From assembly GCA_965224465.1 (NCBI GenBank), contig OZ245049.1, positions 4,500,001 to 4,532,000 on the forward strand: a stretch of 32,000 nucleotides of DNA. The letters run 5' to 3'. Shown in pieces: positions 9,388-17,699 of this stretch. The notes beneath the pieces are model-generated. The model made no database searches and was not told the DNA's origin. It worked only from the letters and a program-made list of their open reading frames with translations. A program made the translations under genes and the position numbers. This stretch comes from Flavobacteriaceae bacterium (GTDB lineage Bacteria > Bacteroidota > Bacteroidia > Flavobacteriales > Flavobacteriaceae). How positions within the stretch are numbered: position 1 is the first letter of the stretch; each line of letters opens with the position of its first letter.

Positions 9388-11388
9388 TTAATCGTTAGTT
9401 TCTTCTTTATTTTCATTTTTATTCACGTTAACGCTAGTTTCCTCTGTTACTGAGTTTTCAGACCTTGTTTCAATTACTTGTTCTGGAAAGGGTCTCTCTC
9501 CGAAAACAGCCTTTAAATCTTTCTTGAAAATCACTTCTTTCTTTAATAATAACTCTGCAAGAGAAATTAACTTTTCTTTATTTTCAGTTAAAATTTTAAT
9601 GGCTCTTTGGTACTGCTCTTCTATAATTTTCGAGATTTCTTCATCAATTTTTTGAGCGGTAGCTTCACTGTATGGTTTTGTAAAGCTGTAATCACCATTA
9701 TTTGAAGAATCATAATACGTAATGTTACCGATTTTATCATTAAGTCCATACACACTTACAATAGCTCGTGCTTGTTTTGTTACCTTTTCTAAGTCGTTTA
9801 ACGCGCCTGTAGATATTTTATTAAAGATAACTCTTTCTGCTGCTCTACCTGCCAATGTAGCACACATTTCGTCTAGCATTTGCTCTGTACGTACAATTTG
9901 ACGTTCTTCGGGTAAGTACCATGCTGCACCTAAAGATTGACCTCTTGGTACAATGGTTACTTTTACTAGTGGAGAAGCGTGTTCTAACATCCAGCTTGCG
10001 GTCGCATGTCCAGCTTCGTGAAATGCAATGGTCTTTTTCTCTAAGGGAGAAATAATTTTATTTTTTTTCTCTAATCCTCCAACAATACGGTCTACAGCTG
10101 ATAAAAAGTCAATGTGGTGTACTGATGTTTTATTTTCTCTAGCTGCAATTAATGCAGATTCGTTACAAAGATTTGCAATGTCTGCCCCAGAGAATCCCGG
10201 TGTTTGTTGTGAAAGAAAATGGATATCTACGTCCTTGTTTAATTTTAAAGGTTTGATATGTACTTTAAAAATTGCTTCTCTTTCGTTTATGTCTGGTAAA
10301 TCTACATAAATCTGACGGTCAAAACGACCTGCTCTCATCAATGCTTTGTCTAAAACATCTGCACGGTTTGTGGCTGCGATTACGATTACGTTAGATTCTG
10401 TTCCAAAACCATCCATTTCTGTCAGCAATTGGTTTAGCGTATTTTCTCGTTCGTCGTTTCCTCCGGTCATATTGCTTTTTCCTCTAGCTCTACCAATGGC
10501 ATCTATTTCATCTATAAAAATAATTGAAGGCGATTTTTGTTTGGCTTGTTTAAACAAGTCACGTACTCTAGAAGCTCCAACACCTACAAACATTTCTACA
10601 AAATCAGAACCTGATAATGAAAAGAAAGGTACGCTTGCTTCACCTGCAACTGCTTTTGCTAGCAATGTTTTCCCTGTTCCTGGAGGCCCTACTAATAAAG
10701 CTCCTTTGGGGATTTTACCTCCTAAAGCGGTATATTTCCCTGGGTTTTTTAAGAAATCTACTATTTCTTGTATTTCTTCTTTTGCTCCTACGAGCCCTGC
10801 AACATCTTTAAACGAAGTTTTTACCTTTGTGTTCTGATCAAATAATTTGGCTTTGGATTTTCCAATATTAAATATTTGACTTCCTCCACCGCCACCGCCG
10901 CCAGACATACGTCTCATAAAATAGATCCACAATCCAATTAAAAAGATAAAAGGTAAGTACATCAATACAGAATCCATGATGTTTGTCTTGTCTATATGTT
11001 CTGTATCTACATCTAAGTTCTTATTTTTTTTTGCTTGTTGAATTTGATTTTCGAAATTTTGTAAATCTCCAAAATCGTAGTGAAACAAAGGAGCATTTTT
11101 ATTGTACAAGGTAGATTCTGTATACTTCTTATACTTCTCCTTGTCTAACACTTCGCTTTTAATATAGATCTCTGCAGTGTTATTGTTTACAATATCTATC
11201 TTATCTATGTCGTTATCATTCAGTGTTTTAATGAAATTATTATGACTTAAATTTTGATTACCTAAGTTACCGCTGCTCATGACTTGGTAACCGATATATA
11301 ATAAAAAAACAATTCCATAAATCCAATAAAAATTGAATTTAGGAACTTTTATTTTATTTTTATTTTCTGGCGAATTGTTTTTGTTCAT
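9388..11388 (-). CDS. ftsH: ATP-dependent zinc metalloprotease FtsH
   Basis: Walker [14 protein letters not shown], Walker [10 protein letters not shown], second region of homology [20 protein letters not shown], zinc site HEAGHA. Confidence 0.95.
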   Translation of the reverse strand: MNKNNSPENKNKIKVPKFNFYWIYGIVFLLYIGYQVMSSGNLGNQNLSHNNFIKTLNDNDIDKIDIVNNNTAEIYIKSEVLDKEKYKKYTESTLYNKNAPLFHYDFGDLQNFENQIQQAKKNKNLDVDTEHIDKTNIMDSVLMYLPFIFLIGLWIYFMRRMSGGGGGGGSQIFNIGKSKAKLFDQNTKVKTSFKDVAGLVGAKEEIQEIVDFLKNPGKYTALGGKIPKGALLVGPPGTGKTLLAKAVAGEASVPFFSLSGSDFVEMFVGVGASRVRDLFKQAKQKSPSIIFIDEIDAIGRARGKSNMTGGNDERENTLNQLLTEMDGFGTESNVIVIAATNRADVLDKALMRAGRFDRQIYVDLPDINEREAIFKVHIKPLKLNKDVDIHFLSQQTPGFSGADIANLCNESALIAARENKTSVHHIDFLSAVDRIVGGLEKKNKIISPLEKKTIAFHEAGHATASWMLEHASPLVKVTIVPRGQSLGAAWYLPEERQIVRTEQMLDEMCATLAGRAAERVIFNKISTGALNDLEKVTKQARAIVSVYGLNDKIGNITYYDSSNNGDYSFTKPYSEATAQKIDEEISKIIEEQYQRAIKILTENKEKLISLAELLLKKEVIFKKDLKAVFGERPFPEQVIETRSENSVTEETSVNVNKNENKEETND

Positions 11389-11415
11389 ATGCGTTTTTCA
11401 AATGTTGCAGTATTA

Positions 11416-11790
11416 TTAACTGGCAGTATTAATATCCGTGATTTTAGCATCGCCCCAAAGGCTTTCTAAATCGTAATATTCTCTAGTTTCTTTTTGGAAA
11501 ACATGTACAGCTACGTTAACATAATCCATTAAAACCCATTCCGCATTTCCTTCACCTTCTACATGCCATGGTTTTTCTTTTAATTGTTTTCCTACCATTT
11601 TCTGGATAGAACCAGAGATGGCTTTTACTTGGGTGTTAGAATTCCCTGAGCAAATGATGTAATAATCACATACTGTGTTTTCTATATCTCTTAAATCTAA
11701 TAATTTAATATCGTCCCCTTTGACTTCGTCAATCCCTTTTATAATAACAGCAATTAACTCATCCGCATTTACACTCTTTTTTGTCATCAA
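11416..11790 (-). CDS. rsfS: ribosome silencing factor RsfS
   Basis: 124 aa; KGDDIKLLDLRDIENTVCDYYIICSGNSNTQVKAI and WVLMDYVNVAVHVF are typical RsfS/Iojap motifs. Confidence 0.85.
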   Translation of the reverse strand: MMTKKSVNADELIAVIIKGIDEVKGDDIKLLDLRDIENTVCDYYIICSGNSNTQVKAISGSIQKMVGKQLKEKPWHVEGEGNAEWVLMDYVNVAVHVFQKETREYYDLESLWGDAKITDINTAS

Positions 11791-11845
11791 AAATTATTTA
11801 TTTAATACAAAGTTATTATTTTTTTGTTAGTAATCGTGGTTGTGT

Positions 11846-11853
11846 TAACTTTG
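11846..11853 (+). promoter_or_regulatory. candidate -7 promoter box (TAACTTTG) for birA
   Basis: TAnnTTTG match ending 17 nt upstream of the ATG at 11871. Confidence 0.3.
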
Positions 11854-11870
11854 TTTCTTTATTATTAATT

Positions 11871-12638
11871 ATGAAGTTAATCAAACTTAGTGCCATTGGC
11901 TCTACAAATGCATATTTAAAGGACTTATGCCAGAAAGAAAAACAACAATCTTACACTGTGGTACAGGCAGATGTTCAGACTTATGGGCGCGGTCAGTTGG
12001 GGACTGTTTGGGTTTCTGATGATGGTAAAAACTTAACAATGAGTGTTCTAGTTAATTTTTTAAGTTTTAAGGTGCGTGATCAATTTTTTGTAAGCATGGC
12101 TGTTTCATTGGCTATTCAAAAGGTTTTATCGAGTTACTTAACAAATAATATCAGGGTTAAGTGGCCGAACGACATTTTGGCAGACGGAAAAAAAATAGCA
12201 GGAATTTTAATTGAAAATAGTTTATCAGGAAATACATTAAACAGAGTTATAATCGGAATTGGTTTAAATGTAAATCAAGATAGTTTTCCGCGTGAGATTC
12301 CCAATCCTACATCGTTTAAAATATTAAGTGATACGTGTTTTGATTTGGATCAGATTATGGATGATATTGTTACGAGTATTGAGTATTTTATGACTATTGT
12401 TCTACATGATGGTTTTGATTTTTTGACAAATAGATACCTTAAGAAGTTATATCTTTTCAACGAATGGAACATTTTTTCAGATTCAAATGGAGTGGTTTTT
12501 TCTGGTAAAATCACAGGAGTTTCTTATGAAGGGAGACTTCAAGTATTGACGAAAAATGGAAAAACTCGAGAATTTAATTTAAAAGAAATCAAATTTTCGA
12601 GTTTTAACACAGAAACAACTGTCAGTAAGTACAGATAG
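11871..12638 (+). CDS. birA: biotin--[acetyl-CoA-carboxylase] ligase
   Basis: STN.YL, QTYGRGQLGTVW, VKWPNDILADGKKIAGILIE. I start at the internal ATG (MKLIKL...) because the 30-codon extension in the ORF track overlaps rsfS and looks non-coding. Confidence 0.8.
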   Translation: MKLIKLSAIGSTNAYLKDLCQKEKQQSYTVVQADVQTYGRGQLGTVWVSDDGKNLTMSVLVNFLSFKVRDQFFVSMAVSLAIQKVLSSYLTNNIRVKWPNDILADGKKIAGILIENSLSGNTLNRVIIGIGLNVNQDSFPREIPNPTSFKILSDTCFDLDQIMDDIVTSIEYFMTIVLHDGFDFLTNRYLKKLYLFNEWNIFSDSNGVVFSGKITGVSYEGRLQVLTKNGKTREFNLKEIKFSSFNTETTVSKYR

Positions 12639-12644
12639 TTGTTC

Positions 12645-13034
12645 TTATATTTTTGCTATATTTTCAGATAAGGTATCTATAAATTTTTGCAGTGGTTTTT
12701 TTACCATCATCGCCATCATTGGATTAAAGTCTCCTACGAAACTTAATTTTGTTTCCGAGCTACTATCAGAGATAGCCTTGATGTCTGCTGTTAATGTAAA
12801 GGGTAGTTTACTGCTAGCAGCTCCAAGAACAACTTTGTCAAATTCTTGTGTTTCTTTTAAAATCAATCTGATTTCAGGCATTCCTTTTAATGAGAAAATC
12901 ATAGATTCTTCGTCTATTTCGAATTTTTCGGTATTTTCGGGTAATAATTGTTCGAAATTTTCCAGTTTAATTAAAAATTCAAAAGTCTCTTTTTGAGATT
13001 TACCTACAGATGTTGTATTACTTTCTAAGTTCAT
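12645..13034 (-). CDS. small SRPBCC-like protein of unknown function
   Basis: 129-aa ORF with good coding appearance. The family assignment is only a guess from size and alternating beta/helix pattern. Confidence 0.4.
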   Translation of the reverse strand: MNLESNTTSVGKSQKETFEFLIKLENFEQLLPENTEKFEIDEESMIFSLKGMPEIRLILKETQEFDKVVLGAASSKLPFTLTADIKAISDSSSETKLSFVGDFNPMMAMMVKKPLQKFIDTLSENIAKI

Positions 13035-13041
13035 TTTGCTG

Positions 13042-13683
13042 TTATTTATTCCACGTACTAGGGTTAATACGCCATTGTTTTAAAGTTGTTAATTCGGTCT
13101 CTGAAATATAATTATTATCATTGGCTAATTCTAATAAATGATCATAATCACTCAAAGTTGTAAGTTCTACATCCTGTTCTTCAAAGTTTTTGTCTGCAAT
13201 ATCAAAGCCATAAGAAAAAATAGCGACCATCCCTTTTACGTTAGCTCCAGCTGCTTTTAATGCTTTAACGGCGTTTAGACTGCTTGTTCCAGTACTGATT
13301 AAATCCTCAATTACTACGACTCGTTTTCCAGGCTCTAAAATTCCTTCTACTTGGTTTTGTCTTCCGTGTTTCTTTGCCTCAGGACGTACATAGATAAAAG
13401 GTACATTCAAATATTCTGCGACGAGAATACCAATAGCAATAGCCCCAGTGGCTACACCTGCTATGATTTCTGGCTTGCCATATTTTTCTTCTATTATTTT
13501 CCCTAACTCTTCGCGCAAATAGGTGCGTATGGTAGGAAATGATAATGTGGTCCTGTTATCACAATAAATAGGAGAATTCCATCCAGAAGCCCATGTAAAA
13601 GGTTCTTGTGGGCTAAGCTTAATCGCTTTAATTTGAAGTAAAAGCTCTGCTGTTTTTTTTGCTGTATCTTTGTTGAAAATCAT
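13042..13683 (-). CDS. pyrE: orotate phosphoribosyltransferase
   Basis: LLQIKAIKL, PFTWASGWNSPIYCDNR, and PRPP-binding loop VVVIEDLISTGTSS. Start placed at MIFNKD (13683), not the 17-codon extension. Confidence 0.9.
   Translation of the reverse strand: MIFNKDTAKKTAELLLQIKAIKLSPQEPFTWASGWNSPIYCDNRTTLSFPTIRTYLREELGKIIEEKYGKPEIIAGVATGAIAIGILVAEYLNVPFIYVRPEAKKHGRQNQVEGILEPGKRVVVIEDLISTGTSSLNAVKALKAAGANVKGMVAIFSYGFDIADKNFEEQDVELTTLSDYDHLLELANDNNYISETELTTLKQWRINPSTWNK
13665..13672 (+). promoter_or_regulatory. candidate -7 box (TATCTTTG) for the NUDIX gene, inside the first codons of pyrE
   Basis: TAnnTTTG match ending 18 nt upstream of the ATG at 13691. Confidence 0.3.
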
Positions 13684-13687
13684 AGTG

Positions 13688-13695
13688 CAAATGTA
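13688..13695 (-). promoter_or_regulatory. candidate -7 box (TACATTTG on the minus strand) for pyrE, overlapping the NUDIX start codon
   Basis: The reverse complement of CAAATGTA is TACATTTG, ending 4 nt before the pyrE ATG. This implies a leaderless or near-leaderless transcript. Confidence 0.25.
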
Positions 13696-14293
13696 TAAAG
13701 TTTTTGTGAATGAACGTCCTTTAATTTTTGTCAATACTAAGAAGGATGCTAATGAGGCATGTTTGTCTAATGTAAAAGAGATGAATTTTAAGCAAATTGT
13801 AGATCAATTGTACAACAATCAATTAAAAAAAATGTGCATTTATCATCCTGAGATAAAAGAGATATGGGCATTGTTTACATCCAGTTTTAAAATTGAAAAA
13901 GCAGCAGGAGGACTTGTTTATAATGATAATAACGAATTGTTGTTTATTCATAGACTGGGGAAATGGGACCTACCTAAAGGACATATAGAAAAAGGAGAAA
14001 GTAAAAAGAATGCTGCGATCAGAGAAGTAGAAGAGGAATGTGGAATCTCTAAATTAAAGATTCAAAATAAAATGCCTACGACCTATCATATGTTTATAAG
14101 AAATGGAGATATGGTATTGAAAATTACATATTGGTATCAGATGTTTTCTAGCGATAAGGGGAGGCTTGTGCCGCAAACTGAAGAAGATATTGATGCTGTT
14201 TGCTTTAAATCTAAACCGGAAGCATTGGAAGCCTTGAAGAATAGCTATGAAAATATTGTAGAATTACTCAAAACTTCGAGGATCTTAAATTAA
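13691..14293 (+). CDS. NUDIX hydrolase
   Basis: Nudix box GHIEKGESKKNAAIREVEEECGI. Start placed at MYKVFVNE. Confidence 0.8.
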   Translation: MYKVFVNERPLIFVNTKKDANEACLSNVKEMNFKQIVDQLYNNQLKKMCIYHPEIKEIWALFTSSFKIEKAAGGLVYNDNNELLFIHRLGKWDLPKGHIEKGESKKNAAIREVEEECGISKLKIQNKMPTTYHMFIRNGDMVLKITYWYQMFSSDKGRLVPQTEEDIDAVCFKSKPEALEALKNSYENIVELLKTSRILN

Positions 14294-14312
14294 ACGCTAA
14301 AAATAAAAACTG

Positions 14313-14320
14313 TACATTTG
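14313..14320 (+). promoter_or_regulatory. candidate -7 box (TACATTTG) for the SulP transporter gene
   Basis: TAnnTTTG match 78 nt upstream of the ATG at 14398. Confidence 0.3.
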
Positions 14321-14397
14321 CAGCTTTTTGAAAATTAACTGGATGACATTATTGGTGTCATGTGTAAAAATAGGAGTGGATACTCCAATATTGAATT

Positions 14398-16053
14398 ATG
14401 ACTGAATTTATAAGGAAGAGGGCGTCAAATATTAAAAACGATGTATTGTCGGGTATTACAGTCTCTTTGGCTTTGGTGCCAGAAGCTGTTGCATTTGCCT
14501 TTGTGGCAGGGCTAGATCCGTTGGTTGGTTTGTATGCGGCCTTTATGGTTGGGTTAATTACGTCTGTTTTTGGAGGTAGACCTGGAATGATTTCAGGGGC
14601 TACTGGAGCATTGGCAGTAGTAATGGTTTCTTTAGTAAAAGAAGGGAATGCAATGGGCTTGCCCGCCGATAATTTAGGCTTGTATTATTTATTTGCTACG
14701 GTAATGTTAATGGGACTAATTCAGGTGTTTGCAGGACTTTTGAAGCTAGGTAAATTTGTCCGTTTAATTCCACATCCTGTAATGATGGGGTTTGTAAATG
14801 GTTTGGCGATAGTGATTTTTATTTCTCAGTTAGGAATGTTTCCTGATGCTGTTTCTGATGGTATTTCTTTTAAGGAAAATAATCATGCTTGGTGGATGGA
14901 ATTGCTTAGCAATACCAAATTTTGGTTGATGTCAGGACTGGTTGTTCTTACCATGTTGATGATGTGGGGCTTGCCAAAAATTAAATATACAAAGAAAGTG
15001 CCAGAAGCCTTATTGGCCATTTTGGTCGTTAGTTTTTTAGCCATATATTTCGGTTTAGATGTGGCTACCGTAGGATCATTTATTAAAGATGGAGGAGGAG
15101 AAGGACTTAAAGGAGGCTTGCCAATGCTACATTTGGAAACCTTTGAGAAAATTCCATTTAGTTGGGAGTCTATAAAATTTATATTCCCTTATGCCTTAAT
15201 TTTAGCGGCTATCGGTTTGATTGAATCCTTAATGACCTTAAATTTAATTGATGATTTAACAGATACTCGTGGAAATAGCAATAGAGAGTGTATCGCGCAA
15301 GGTGGTGCAAATATTGTAACAGGTTTGTTCGGAGGAATGGGTGGATGTGCCATGATCGGTCAGTCTATTATCAATATAAAAGGTGGTGGGCGTACAAGGT
15401 TGTCTGGAATAGTTGCAGCTGTTTTATTACTCTTGTTTATTTTGTTTGGATCTTCATATATTGAACAAATTCCTATTGCAGCTCTTGTTGGAGTGATGTT
15501 TATGGTGGTTATAGGAACCTTTGCTTGGAGTAGTTTTAGAATTATTAATAAAATACCGAAGGCAGATTTATTTGTGATTGTTTTAGTATCATCTTTAACA
15601 GTAATATTTGATTTGGCTGTTGCAGTAGTTGCAGGGGTAATTGTGAGTGCACTGGTCTTTTCTTGGGAAAATGCAACACGTATTAGAGCTAGAAAAAGAA
15701 TTAAAGAAGATGGAACAAAAATATATGAAATTTGGGGTCCCTTGTTTTTTGGATCCATTACTGCATTTGTTGAAAAATTTGACATTAAAAACGACCCAGA
15801 TAAAATCGAAATTGATTTTGTTGAGTCTCGTGTAAGTGATCATTCTGCAATTGAAGCAATTTTTAATATCGTAGAGAAATACGAAAAAGTAGGAAAAAAA
15901 GTACATTTAAAGCATTTAAGTGAAGAGTGTAAAATATTATTATTAAAAGGAAGTCCCAAATTTGCAGAAGTAATTGTAGATGATATAGACGATCCTCGCT
16001 ATCACCTAGCTGCAAACCCAGAAGCTTTTTCAAAAGGATTGTATGATTCCTAG
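14398..16053 (+). CDS. SulP family inorganic anion (sulfate/bicarbonate) transporter with C-terminal STAS domain
   Basis: N-terminal DVLSGITVSLALVPEAVAFAFVAGL, many TM segments, and a soluble C-terminal ~120-aa STAS-like domain. Confidence 0.9.
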   Translation: MTEFIRKRASNIKNDVLSGITVSLALVPEAVAFAFVAGLDPLVGLYAAFMVGLITSVFGGRPGMISGATGALAVVMVSLVKEGNAMGLPADNLGLYYLFATVMLMGLIQVFAGLLKLGKFVRLIPHPVMMGFVNGLAIVIFISQLGMFPDAVSDGISFKENNHAWWMELLSNTKFWLMSGLVVLTMLMMWGLPKIKYTKKVPEALLAILVVSFLAIYFGLDVATVGSFIKDGGGEGLKGGLPMLHLETFEKIPFSWESIKFIFPYALILAAIGLIESLMTLNLIDDLTDTRGNSNRECIAQGGANIVTGLFGGMGGCAMIGQSIINIKGGGRTRLSGIVAAVLLLLFILFGSSYIEQIPIAALVGVMFMVVIGTFAWSSFRIINKIPKADLFVIVLVSSLTVIFDLAVAVVAGVIVSALVFSWENATRIRARKRIKEDGTKIYEIWGPLFFGSITAFVEKFDIKNDPDKIEIDFVESRVSDHSAIEAIFNIVEKYEKVGKKVHLKHLSEECKILLLKGSPKFAEVIVDDIDDPRYHLAANPEAFSKGLYDS

Positions 16054-16090
16054 TGATGGGAATTCCTTTTGAACCTATACTTTTTGGAAG

Positions 16091-16136
16091 AACGCTAAAT
16101 ATTCATTTAATTTTTGAATATTTAGCGTTTTTTTTT
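16091..16136 (+). terminator. rho-independent terminator of the SulP gene
   Basis: 15-bp perfect stem AACGCTAAATATTCA / TGAATATTTAGCGTT followed by a T run. Confidence 0.8.
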
Positions 16137-16297
16137 GTACCTAAAGTTTGTATCGATATTTGAAAAATAAAAAGACCGATGTGATGGAATACCTCAATAG
16201 CGTAGCCATTATCATCGGTGTTGTTTTTGGCACCCTAATTGGTTTTAGGTTGATGGGGAGTTCTTGAGAATCCAAATGCTATTGCGATGGTTGATTT

Positions 16298-16349
16298 GAC
16301 TTTTTTTAATAGTATAGCCGATGTTACTTTTAACGGTACTAAGCAATAA
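16298..16349 (+). pseudogene. orphan 3' end of an LRR-lipoprotein gene (third, lost copy)
   Basis: ...GATGTTACTTTTAACGGTACTAAGCAATAA matches the last codons (DVTFNGTKQ*) of the genes ending at 20906 and 27028. There is no ORF upstream. Confidence 0.75.
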
Positions 16350-16358
16350 CTACATGTA

Positions 16359-16397
16359 ATGGATAGTTGATACTTATTTTTAGTGTCGACGATCCAT
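16359..16397 (+). terminator. conserved long hairpin that follows every LRR-lipoprotein 3' end (copy 1 of 3)
   Basis: ATGGAT AGTTGATACT..AGTGTCGAC G ATCCAT followed by TTTT. Homologous to 20915-20953 and 27038-27076. Confidence 0.6.
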
Positions 16398-16407
16398 TTT
16401 TAATTGT

Positions 16408-16453
16408 ATTCTTTTTATAAATAACAATTAAAATTGTTATTTATAAAAAGAAT
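16408..16453. repeat. perfect 22-bp inverted repeat (46-nt AT-rich palindrome)
   Basis: ATTCTTTTTATAAATAACAATT-AA-AATTGTTATTTATAAAAAGAAT. Confidence 0.85.
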
Positions 16454-16552
16454 ATAGCGTTGAAAATAAGCATAGGAAATGGGTGGAAAACAAGGGGGTT
16501 TTTTGTGACTTGTTAAATAAATGAGGCTGAATTCAAGTCACAAACGCAACTT

Positions 16553-16735
16553 TTAGTTAAATAATAATTGTTCCATTACAAATATAGGGTTTTGATATTT
16601 ATGTCTCTTCCTAGGTCTGTTATTTAATTTTGTTTCTACCTCTTTGATTCTTTGATCTGTTAGGTTTGTAAAGTCACTTCCTTTGTTAACATAGGCTAAT
16701 AAAGGACTTGTGTTGGAAAATCGATTCTTTTTTTT
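16553..16735 (-). pseudogene. IS30-family transposase C-terminal remnant
   Basis: The minus-strand frame reads ...SPLLAYVNKGSDFTNLTDQRIKEVETKLNNRPRKRHKYQNPIFVMEQLLFN*. The LNNRPRK..(Y/F)..P tail is the hallmark C-terminus of IS30 transposases. The frame is closed by a stop upstream. Confidence 0.65.
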
Positions 16736-17181
16736 TATGTTAAAATGTTAAATCATACCCCAACAGTTATACTTTTTCTGTTCCTGCTAATGCCTGTATT
16801 TCTGTTTTGAATAAAAATAAATCATATATTTTTTTTCATTTATTGCATACTAGTTTCGAAGTAATATTAGATGTAAGACCTTGTTATCTAAGGAGTAATA
16901 TTGGGCTAATTCCTTTCGTCAGACGTTGATTATAAAATGTTTGATAGTGCTATTTTATGCTGTTGTAAATCAACTATTTTGAGTGTTTTTTGTTTTTTTT
17001 TAGGATAAATCAACATCGTTTAGAGAGAAAATAATTATTTTAAAACATAATTAGATTACTGATTTTTAATGCTTTATAAAAATGTAATTTGAGATGATTT
17101 TTAGGTTTGTCTTGAAGTTAAAATTATTTAAGTGTACGTCATACAATTAAAATTATACTTTTGATATTATTAAGATTAATT

Positions 17182-17315
17182 ATGAAAAGCATAAAAGCAC
17201 TTTTGTTACTATTGTTATTCTATAGTAATTCCACGGTTTTTTAGGGTCAGTAAAATATGATTTTCAACCGAATCGATTGTGATATTGTTTTTAACCGATA
17301 CCATATATAAACGAG
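17182..17315 (+). pseudogene. TonB-dependent receptor start fused by deletion to the middle of an HmuY-like gene
   Basis: MKSIKALLLLLLFYSNSTVF* matches codons 1-20 of the receptor at 21917, with TAT changed to TAG. From 17265 the sequence continues as homolog of 24482-24530, the HmuY-like gene. Confidence 0.85.
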
Positions 17316-17476
17316 TACTAAATACATTTCCAAGTGACTGTTTAGAAATGGAATTATTTTTTGTTTTAGCTAGGCGAAAAATGGATGTATAACCTTAGCT
17401 ATGGTTTTGTTTTTTAACAACGCTAGTACGTAAAATAAATTATTTATATCGGTTATTTTGGATTGTAATTGGGATA
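17316..17476 (+). repeat. intergenic stem-forming repeat, copy 2 (long form) inserted inside the HmuY-like pseudogene
   Basis: TACTAAATACATTTCCAAGTGACTGTTTAGAAATGGAATTATTTTTTGTTTTAGCTAGG...AACAACGCTAGTACGTAAAATAAATTATTTATATCGGTTATTTTGGATTGTAATTGGGAT. Absent from the equivalent site (24530/24531) of the intact paralog. Confidence 0.85.
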
Positions 17477-17699
17477 ATAGTTGACTAAGCGGTATGGAAA
17501 AGCAGGCATTTATGATAAGGGACTTGTTGCCTATGTAGCTATTGTATCGGTAATACAAAAAAACGACAATACTGAATTTATAACAGATTCTGTAGATAAA
17601 ATTTTGATGCGTGATAAGAAGTAGATCAAATTATATATCCCTATAAATAAGGTTCCGTGGTTCAATCCTTATTCGGATCCTTAGTAAATAAATCAATTG
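17477..17699 (+). pseudogene. HmuY-like pseudogene, middle segment
   Basis: Nucleotide homology to 24531-24757, with stops and frameshifts. Confidence 0.8.

Noticed and set aside
10028-10837. Plus-strand ORFs of 64-163 aa antisense to ftsH. Similar antisense ORFs occur at 1368-1841, 4069-5211, 6526-6780, 7566-7754, 8156-9361, 12778-12996, 15360-15906, 18079-18261, 19109-19297, 20222-20431, 25234-25587, 27079-27273, 27488-27670, 28192-28677 and 31183-31371.
   Set aside because: All lie inside or opposite strongly supported genes, have biased low-complexity composition, and show no recognisable motifs. They are typical shadow ORFs of AT-rich DNA.
11781-11870. N-terminal extensions in the ORF track: birA from 11781, pyrE to 13734, NUDIX from 13670.
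   Set aside because: The extensions overlap the divergent neighbour, read as hydrophobic nonsense, and precede internal ATGs that give canonical family N-termini (MKLIKLSAIGSTN, MIFNKDTAKK, MYKVFVNE).
16184-16267. 27-codon ORF MEYLNSVAIIIGVVFGTLIGFRLMGSS, a single hydrophobic helix, just after the SulP terminator.
   Set aside because: No exact TAnnTTTG box or other support and no second copy for comparison. It lies in rearranged junk at the edge of the array. It could be a real small membrane protein, but the sequence alone does not support calling it.
17347-17391. Mini-ORF inside the repeats (MELFFVLARRKMDV in copy 2, MGLFFVLARQEMDG in copy 5, MELFFVLAK in copy 1, MELFYIGHFGL in copy 7).
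   Set aside because: Length and C-terminus differ in every copy. Copy 4 lacks the ATG and copy 6 stops after a few codons. Substitutions show no third-position bias. It is more likely a by-product of conserved nucleotide sequence than a peptide gene.
17370-17558. 62-aa minus-strand ORF from the ORF track.
   Set aside because: It spans the repeat element and HmuY-pseudogene debris. It has no homolog at the other repeat copies and a low-complexity composition.
17651-17680. GGTTCCGTGGTTCAATCCTTATTCGGATCC looks like a tRNA T-arm (GGTTCAATCC).
   Set aside because: It is the decayed counterpart of the HmuY-like coding sequence GAGCCGTGGTTCGATCCTAATTCGGGACC (24710-24738, EPWFDPNSGP). No acceptor or anticodon arms can be drawn around it.
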